64,000 nt of DNA, from positions 10,726,001 through 10,790,000 of the forward strand of contig NC_043022.1 in NCBI RefSeq assembly GCF_006345805.1, read 5' to 3'. Under the pieces are notes generated by a model. That model saw only the letters and a list, made by a program, of their open reading frames with translations, did no database searches and was not told the DNA's origin. This DNA is from Octopus sinensis. Lineage: Eukaryota. This document shows positions 54,210-64,000 of this stretch, piece after piece (within the stretch, counting starts at the first letter, position 1; every line of letters starts with the position of its first letter). A program made the translations under genes and the position numbers.

Positions 54210-54582
54210 CCCCCTGTCCAATGGATGGTGCTGAGTTGTCAAACATTTAAACCAAATTTTCTCAAAACAACTTGTCTGACCGTCCCATTTTGTGGCATTA
54301 TTTCAAGCCAGCCAGCTTGTTTTGTGCAAACTGCATGTGTATTTTTCTTGTGTATGCGTAGTATAGATTGCAACAGCTGATGTACTTGCGTGTACAAATG
54401 CACGTTCCCACGGCTTTATCGATCGCATTCTCACCTAGAATTGATTTTTGTAATTTTTTCAAAAACTTATACACGCCCTGATACCGTCGGTATCTACATA
54501 TCAAATTTGAGCCTAATCAGATGGAGGATGCCCGAGATCCTAGAAGACACACACACAGACAGAACGGATTTTATATAATAGA
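54205..54582 (-). mobile_element. Helitron-like non-autonomous element with a 5' TC end but no CTAG 3' end
   Basis: Minus-strand A|TCTATTATATAAAATCCGTTCTGTCTGTGTG resembles the other Helitron 5' ends; no 3' hairpin-CTAG found. Confidence 0.45.
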
Positions 54583-55049
54583 TGTGTGTGTGTGTATATA
54601 TATACACACACACACACATACAATGGGCTTCTGTCTACCAAATTTGCTCACAAGGCATTAGTCAACCGGGAGCTTTTGTAGAAAACACATATCTACAGTT
54701 CTGTGCAGTGGAATTGAACTTGAAACCTCATGATTGGAAAGGAAACTTCTTAATCAAATAGCCATGCCTGCACCTGCAATATATTATTTCTTTATCTTCT
54801 TTTTAAATCTATTTTTAGAAAAAAATAATGTTTTCAAATAGTTCTTCCCATTTTTAATTATAAATTCTTTCAGTTGAATGAATTACAGGTTTGTTTGGTA
54901 AGCTTATGTAGAGCAAAACATATGGCCATATGTAATGAATCATTTTTTATTTTAATTTTATAATGTAACACATTATGTGTGTGTGTGTGTTTTGAACTTT
55001 TCTTAAGTGGGACATATGAGGATTATTAGAGGCGTCGGCTGCTACCGTG

Positions 55050-55800
55050 TGTACCATTATTACTGTTACCACCATCATCACCATTGCACCCTACTACCAC
55101 CACCACCACCATAGTCCCTGCAAGCATCAACCATCATCATCATCATCAACAGCACTATCTCCAACATCACCTCCATCACCATAATCCTCAACAACTTCGC
55201 CACCACCGCAAGCAGCGGCTATCACCATCATCACTATTATCCTAAACGACCGCACCACCACTGATTTAGCAAGCTGTAACCACCACCACCACTATCATCA
55301 TCATCATCATCACTACTATTTTCAACACCAGCTGTAGCAGCACCGCTGTCGCCGCCACCACCACCATCATCAGTATCCTCATCGTCAACATTATTTGCTC
55401 CACCACCATCATCACCACCATCCTCATCGTCAACTTTACTAGCAGCAGCAACACCGCCACCATCACTATCCTCGTCAACATTATTAGCACCACCGCCAGC
55501 ATCACCATCATCGTTATCCTCAACTTTATTTGCAGCGGCACCACCGCCATCAACACCTTCACCATCGTCAACATTATTATCAGCAGCATCATCGCCACCA
55601 TCACCATCGTAACTACTAACATCAACAACAGTAGTGCCGCTGCCGTCGCCACCACAATTATCACCATTACCTTTCCCATCATCATTATAATCTTCATCAG
55701 TTCTACTACGCTTTCCTCCACCGTCGACATGTGTGTTATCCACATTTAACAGCAGCAGCAGTAGCATCAGCCATCCTCATCACCATCTCCATCGTCTACT
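55050..55800. repeat. Degenerate (CAC/CAT) tract with higher-order units; open Asp/Gly-rich frame on the minus strand
   Basis: Recurring minus-strand unit ggtggtg..aataatgttgacgatgaggat; two frames are open, as expected for triplet repeats. Confidence 0.75.
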
Positions 55801-55940
55801 GAACGTCTTGGTAGTTGGGTAATTGGAAGGGAAGCTGGCTCGCACTATCGTTTCCTCCATTATTATTACTACTACAACTGATAGACGAATAGTCTCTTGG
55901 CTTTTCATTCCTCTCTCTCTCTCTCTTCCTCTCTCGTCAG

Positions 55941-56073
55941 ATGAGAGGCACGGCGGTCAAAAGGAAGAGACACATCGAAGGCCGATATTTCTGAAGAATA
56001 AGCGACCGATGACTATATATGATTAGCAATGGGATAATACAAAGCATCAGTTAACATCTTCATCACCAGCAGA
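55941..56073 (+). other. Candidate spliced exon (non-coding, or containing a stop codon)
   Basis: Long pyrimidine tract ending ..ctctcgtcag| and donor AGA|GTGAGT; all three frames contain stops (frame 0 reads MRGTAVKRKRHIEGRYF*). Confidence 0.35.
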
Positions 56074-56128
56074 GTGAGTATTTTGTGACATTAACATCTC
56101 CGACAATAGGTCGCCTTCGCATACGTGT

Positions 56129-56194
<66 letters not shown>

Positions 56195-56235
56195 GTCTAT
56201 CTACGTGTGTATATACATATATGAATGTGTGTATA

Positions 56236-56340
<105 letters not shown>

Positions 56341-57273
56341 GTGGATTAACTGTGATATTTTATGGATAAAATTGTGTGTGTATTCATATATATAACGAAT
56401 GCATGAATATATATATATTAATGTATATTGTATTTGTATACATATAATATAAAATATATTTCACTGTATATATGTACCAACATCGAGACGAAATATATGG
56501 ATAAGTTTCTGTGTACATAGGTAATATAGATATATGATGTGTGTGTATATATATATGTATAATGTGTGTACGTTTATATATATGATGTATATATATATAT
56601 ATATACGTATATGTATATATACAAATATATACATACACGTTATATATGTATATATATATAGTGTGTGTGTATAATATGTATGAGGTATGTGGCGTATTTA
56701 CGGTATGATTAAATGTCTATGGAAAATCTTTATATATATTTCTGCGTGTGTATGTTTATAAATATGTAGGAATGTAGTCGTTGTTTAGTCCCAGACTAAC
56801 CACAACTGAACAGAGAGCTCAAAGGTATTCCAACCACGACCGTCTCGTCTTTTGTGCCCAATGCACCATACTTCTTCAATTACGGTATTAGGGTTGTGCT
56901 GATGTAGATCTAGTTGCTATTTCAAGCACGTCATGCGACCTCCTAGGTACTTCCTTCGCCGTCTTAGTGTGTGGGTGTATCTAAAATGTTTATATATATA
57001 GACATACTCACACATGTTTATGTATGTATATGTGTGTGGTTGTGTACAAATATAAGTAAAACAAGCATTCATTCAAATTCTTGTTCAGTTTCTACTACTT
57101 TCTTTTTTGTTTCCTTCAGAAGGGAACAGAAACCAAACACTAATTTCATTTTGGTATATTTGCTATATTATACACACGCGCTCGCGTGCGTATGACTATA
57201 TAAGTACGATGTTTGTATGTTTCTGTCTGAACGCATGTTTATAATATATACATACATACACACACTATATATA

Positions 57274-57313
<40 letters not shown>

Positions 57314-60300
57314 GAAGAAGTTTATCAAGAAACCGTTTAGATGACAATAACCGGTTGATAACGTTAAGAAGAATACCGATAATAATATCCTTTATCCTTT
57401 TCGTGTTTGGAACCCACTGATTTTGATAACAATAACTGTGATAACATTACCTGTAATTTAAATGAACGGTTTTCTCGAATAATGTGTTTGTCTTGTATAT
57501 ATATATATTATTATGATACCTTGCTCAGCAAATTTTCTTTCCATTTCGTATTTTATTCTTAAAATTTCTTTTCCTCCTCCGCCCTACATACATATATATA
57601 CACGCTCCAATCGGTCATCTGTATCTTGAATAGAGAGTGCTTTTAGTGGTCAACCGACCTGCTAGAAATAGCAAAGAAATCTTCCTCAAATTACTCTATC
57701 AATTTAATTAATTAAAAAAAAACAAGCGCCCATTGGAATAATGTTAGTCTTATATAATGTGAAACCTTCATATTTCTGTTAAAAAACAAGTATGGTCACG
57801 TTTGGAATGTCTTTGATCATAGGTTAATATGTGTAATCGAACAGAGATGACCTGGGGGCAAGAAATGAGTGAGAGAAGGCTAAGCAAGCAGCAACAGCAG
57901 CAACGACAGTTTTTACTTTCCAGAAAAATCAATATGCAATTCTTGAAATTTTTCGATGAGCAGCCAATTTTGTAACGTTTATATTTGTTTCTATTTTATG
58001 TGTATATATATATATACACAAACATATATATATATATATATATACAAAACATGATGAGACAGAGAGGGAGAAAAGGGGGGGGGACCTTAGGATTTCTTCT
58101 AAAAAGTGGAATAGTGATAGTGTGTATGAAAAGAAGTAACAAACACGAAACGAAACTAGCCATAATGTCAGAAATTCGTTGATTCTATCACGTTTTAAAA
58201 ACCAGACTTTCATCTAAATGTCTTTTAAATAGTTTAGTACGAAGAATTTCAAGCATAAGGCCACGCATAGGGAAGGAAGGTGTTATGTATGCCAAGTGCT
58301 TTATTATTAACATTTAAGTTTGGCAGGTACTTAATCTGTTTTATCGGTAGTCTCAATAGAATGAAAGGCTAAATGCATCCCTCGCTAGGATGTGAACTTG
58401 GAACGTAAAATGTAAGGTGATAATTTTGACAAATAAAGGTGTTTTGTCTTGGTGATGGTTCCTTGATTATTTATTTGTGTACTAGTGAATATTGAAAACA
58501 AAAGTCACTAGAATTCGAGAGGTTTTAATAATGGCGAGAATCAGTTTAATTACCAAGGAAAGAATGTAGTGACAGAGTAAAGAAATAGACGAGTTAATTA
58601 ATGACAGTTTAACACCAGGCCAGATAAGATGAGTTGTAGTGCACCTGAGCACTGTACACAATTATTATTATTATAAACGTACGATCAGAGACATTCCTGC
58701 TGTAACAGATCTTTGTTGTTACTATCAGGCATAGTGTATCTAAGACTACATCATTCAATGTGCCCTCTTCCCTCCTCATTTTTGTTTTTATAAGACAACA
58801 GGATCTGAGTTGAGGGATATTTGGCTGCTGTTTCTAGCAAGTCGAAAGACTGCGTAAAGAACGTATTTTGTTACTGTGACAAAATTTATATCAAAATAAA
58901 AAAAAAAGTTTTGGGTTTTGAGAGAAAGAATAAAAAAGACACGCTTTATAATATTTTCTCACCGTAGATTTATTCAAAAACACATGGGTTACCTTTAATT
59001 TTACCAGGTCTTACATAAGATGTTATAAGCTGACACTTCAATTACAGGTTGTTAAATGGAACAGTTTTTAGTATTTTGATATATTAAATTAATTTTTTCC
59101 AATTCTTAGTTTTAGTTCAGGAATTAAAGGCAAAAAGAATTACGTTAAAAAAATAAAAGTACCAAATACCGAAAACCAACATGCTGCCTCAATTGAAGGG
59201 TTTTGTGTAACTTAAGCGATACACACACACACACACACGTTACTGCTATTTTCTTTAGATTTTAGTTTTTGTTGTTGCTATTATATTGAAAATTTTTAGA
59301 AAATTTCCATTCTGTAAAAATGTGTTTTTCTGCTTTCTGTTTCTCTAATGACAACGAAATCCGTTGTCTTTGATGGCGTTTGCTTTGTTATGAACCGATA
59401 GTTCCCTTAGATGTTTTTTAATTATATTTTTAACATTGTAAAGAATCAAGGTAAGTCGCGCTTATTATAAATTGGAAAAAACAAAAAAAAATTCCCTTGT
59501 GGTCGAAGTGTTAATGTGGGGGTAGGTGAAATAGCGTGGGTCATTCATTGTATAGTAGCTAGCTAGCTTGCTAGTTAGCCAAGCTATAAGTAAGTCTACT
59601 TGTTATTTAAAGAAGTAGGTATGTACTAATTGTCAAATTCTATCGTGGGTTTTGTTCTTTTCTTATAGCCATCTTTTCTCAGGTGGACAACACGAACACA
59701 TCAAATTTTTCTTTCTTTCTTACGGTATAGACATCTATCTAGCTGTTAACCATATAATTTATCCTTTCGCTTCATATCTCTCTCTATCTATCTATATATA
59801 CATACCCACACACACACATATATACACTCACACATACCACACACACACACATATATACACTCACACATACCATACACACACACATATATACACTCACACA
59901 TACATACACACACGTATATACGCTCACACATACACACACATATACACATTCATATACATACATACACATATACATTCATACATACCTACACGTGCATGTC
60001 AGTGCTTCACCTTTCCTTTCTAAGAGAGAAAAACATATTCCGGTTCTGTCCACGCCTTTTTATTTTATTTATATGAGTCAAAGAACTAGACAACAACGAG
60101 CAAAAAAAACGTGTCTATTTTATTTTTAACCTCCCCATATCATTCATTACATATCGCTTAGTTCGCTTCTCGAAGCTAAGTCTGTCTGTTCGACCACCAC
60201 TCATGTTCACACTGCTGACAACAACGACGACATCCACAACCACCCTCCTTCAACGCAATGGCTATTCTTTGCAATAACAGGTATGTTGACGACATTCGTC

Positions 60301-62559
60301 GTATTTTCTTAAATTTCCACACATGGTTACAGAATTTTTAGCTTTATGCTGGTCTGTGTATATGGGGTCAGTCGATTAAAAACAATCCCTTGTAATTTGA
60401 CTGATATTTATTTTCTGGGAGCAGGGCGAGCATTCTAGATAGGTAGGGTGAGGTGATAATGAAAGACAAAAGTCAAACCTCGATGTTATTTGAACTGCAA
60501 TTATAATAAATATTGGGTTTGTTAACATCGAAGAAGATGATAATAGCATGACAATTTTTTGTGGGCGATGGTTTGGTTACTGTTCAATTAAAAACGACCC
60601 CAGGTGCTTGACTGGTACTACTTATTTTATTGATCGTCGGAAGGATAAAAAGCAATGTTAATAGCGAAGGTATTTGAGCAGAATTTATAATAATGATTTC
60701 CAACGTAGATGCAATAACATTAGGATATTTTTGTTAACGATAATTGCAGTCATTTAAGACGACCCCAGGTATTGTTATTACTTATTTTATCGACCTGGCA
60801 TGAACGGCAAAGTCCACCTCAGTGATTTACAACATACATCACTCGGATATTTTTGTCAGCGATTATTCCAGTCAATTAAGATTACCTCAGGTGCTTGGAT
60901 TGCTGTTTCTTATTGTATCGACTTCGCATGAAAGACGATCTCCATCTCAACAGCATTTTTAACTATTTAATAGTCAAGGAACCTATGGGAATAAAATATG
61001 CACATAAATCCCAACACATGGAGAGTTTGAGGTGGTGCTCCAGCTTGAGCGCTTTAATACACTTCTAATTATAGTGTATGTGTCATTTTGTAACTGGGAA
61101 TTAAATAGAAATCAGCAAACGAAGGAACATACATGGCTAGACCCGAATAAATGTGCAACTTAATCTCTACAGCTCCCTTCATATTATTGATATACTTACA
61201 TGGGAAAATATGTTTAATGTTTACTAATCAGTAATGCTAATTCTAAGGTTACAACTGCTTCGACATTTAAGAAGGGGGCTACATCATTCTCCCCTGCCAA
61301 AGAATTTTTTCTCTTGCTCTTTCGTTGTCAATAATACTTAAAACATCTCCTAAGAAACTGAGTGTTTTTTTTTTGTTCACTACATAATCACTTACACATC
61401 TATGTATGTATGTATATATATATATATATATGCTAAAATGTGTGTGTATATACATTCGAATGTCGAGAAACTCTGAGTAGTGGAGTCGAAGAATCATTAA
61501 CTTCTAACGAAATAAACTCCACGACTTGAGTACTTTTCCGTTATTCGAACCCCAGACATGATGTTACATATGTCATCTTTTTGTCGCCATACTTTCTAGT
61601 GTGTGTAAATCAATGAAGCTTTCTAATACTGAAAAGCCGTATTGCTTTTAAAAATTGCGGGAACGTATTGTACTTTACTGTATACCGACTGCGCTTGCTT
61701 TTGGAGTATGCCGAAAATCTTAAGGACAACTCGAACCAGGACATTTAGTTTATAAAATATCTGGAAAACTGAGGAATCATTTCAAGACCTTCTTTCTAGA
61801 AAGACGGCATTAAGACTCGTTTTTCACTGTCATTTTAGAAATATTGGTTTCGTATTTCCTGCTTACGGTTGATGAAATTTTTGTTTCACCCACGTTGATT
61901 GTTATTACGATTGCGGTTGTCTTGGTGAGAGAGCATGATTATCACAACTTCTCATAAAGATCAGCCAGCTTCCAGTTACAAACGTGCGTGGTTCAATTGA
62001 TAATTAGTTGATTGATTGCCTAAATTAAATTTGTCGCTTCATCCACGTTGAATACGATTTCAATCGTGGTTGTCTTGGTGAGCGAGCAAGCATGACTGTC
62101 ACAACCTCTCGTAGGATCGATCAACTTCATTTACTAAAAGGGGAATGATATTCAATAGATTGATCGAATACTTACCCCCCCCCCAGTATTTATTGTCTCG
62201 CTTATCTATTATTATTTATTTTTTACTTTGTGTTCAAATCCCTCTCAAGTCGTCTTTTACCGTTAATTCTTTTGAGGGCCGGCAAAATAGGAAATAGGTT
62301 GGTGGTTCGGTGCCACTGGTTCAACGACCGAATGTCGATTAAATAAATACCTTGCGGTATTTAGGTACGGCCTTCTACGTTCCTCGTTAAAATCCCGCCG
62401 AGACACATTTCATCCTTCCGTTGTGTTCTATTATAATTTGATTTTCATCTTAGATAACACATACACACACACATAACAAGCACACACGACAAACAATATA
62501 ATGTTTATTATGCACAGATAACATGATAAATATTGTACATATACGCACAAAGATATATA

Positions 62560-62589
62560 TACACATACTATACACGATATATATACAAC

Positions 62590-62629
<40 letters not shown>

Positions 62630-63485
62630 ACACGATATATATATATATATATATACAACACGATATATATATATATATATATAATATATATATATATATA
62701 TAAACACGATATATATATATATATATACAACACGATATATATATATATATATATACAACACGATATTATATATATATACAACACGATATATATATAATAT
62801 ATACACACGATATATATATATATTATATATACAACACGATATATATATATATATACAACACAATATATATATATATATATACAACACGATATATATATAT
62901 ATATATATCTATATACAACACGATATATAATATATATATATATATATATACAACACATATATATATATATACAACACTATATATATATATATATTACAAC
63001 ACTATATATATATATATATACAACACTATATATATATAATATACAACACTATATATATATATATATATACAACACTACATATATATATATACAACACTAT
63101 ATATAATATATATACAACATATATATATATATATACAACACTATATATATATATAATATATATAACACTATATATATATATATAATATATATATATACAA
63201 CACTATATATATATATACAACACTAATATATATATATATATACAACACTATATATATATATATACAACACTATATATATATATATATACAACACTATATA
63301 TATATATATATATACAACACATATATATATATATATATATACACACTATATATATATAATATATATATACAACACTATATATATATATATAACACACTAT
63401 ATATATATATATTATACAACACTATATATATATATATACAACACTACATATATATATATATATACAACACTATATATATACACAA

Positions 63486-63544
<59 letters not shown>

Positions 63545-63560
63545 TACACGATATATATAT
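62560..63560. repeat. (TA)n-CAACAC(G/T)A compound minisatellite, about 1 kb
   Basis: Dozens of CAACAC cores separated by variable (TA)n. Confidence 0.95.
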
Positions 63561-64000
63561 ATGTATATGTATATTATACACACACGTCACGGTATAATAT
63601 GCATACACAACACACTTATATATGTGCGTGTGTATATTTGCCTTTTTGTGTGCGCCTTTCTCTCCTTCGCTCAGGTATCGATAAAAAATGCGAGTACCAC
63701 CACTCAAATACCAAGGACCAGTTTATATTGCTATAATACATTTTAGATGTGAAAGGAATTATAATAGAAGAAATATAACAATTGAGACAATATAGAAGGA
63801 TACAATAAAGACTACAGCCCTATATAGCTCTCTATTTAATTTCTGTGGCCTTGGGCCTTTATGCTAGAAATTGAAAGGAAAATTATTATTATTGCGATGG
63901 AAACGTTGAAACAGGTTCTACTTGTATTTTGAAACTGAACCTTACACAAACACAATGTGTGTATGTATGCATACATATACATACGTGCGTGTGTGTATAT

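Noticed and set aside
62560-63560. CRISPR-like or telomeric repeat
   Set aside because: The spacers are pure (TA)n and the core is not TTAGGG.

Overview
AT-rich, repeat-saturated animal DNA. The SINE families, (TA)n/(CA)n/(CAC)n microsatellites and RTE/CR1/mariner relics point to an octopod cephalopod (Octopus-like); this is inferred from repeat content, not from a database search. I could not identify any intact host protein-coding gene. Nearly all long ORFs in the track are microsatellite translations, and the recognisable proteins are transposon relics. These are a 4.9-kb Helitron with both termini plus Rep and PIF1-helicase remnants (5169-10082, minus), short non-autonomous Helitrons with the same 3' hairpin-CTAG end, a decayed hAT element with TIRs and an 8-bp TSD, four to five mariner relics, CR1, L2-like, Tx1-like and R4/Dong-type LINE fragments, and a young 5'-truncated RTE LINE. 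The most notable observations are: (1) a canonical type I hammerhead ribozyme fold inside a 200-bp inverted-repeat element (26967-27052); (2) a candidate HDV-like ribozyme at the 5' end of a TSD-flanked bipartite RTE derivative (48203-48362); (3) multimeric SINEs inserted as single units with TSDs and a conserved unit order; (4) an RTE LINE enclosed in 46-bp inverted repeats; and (5) a mosaic CpG landscape suggesting hidden host genes, for which only low-confidence candidate exons were found.
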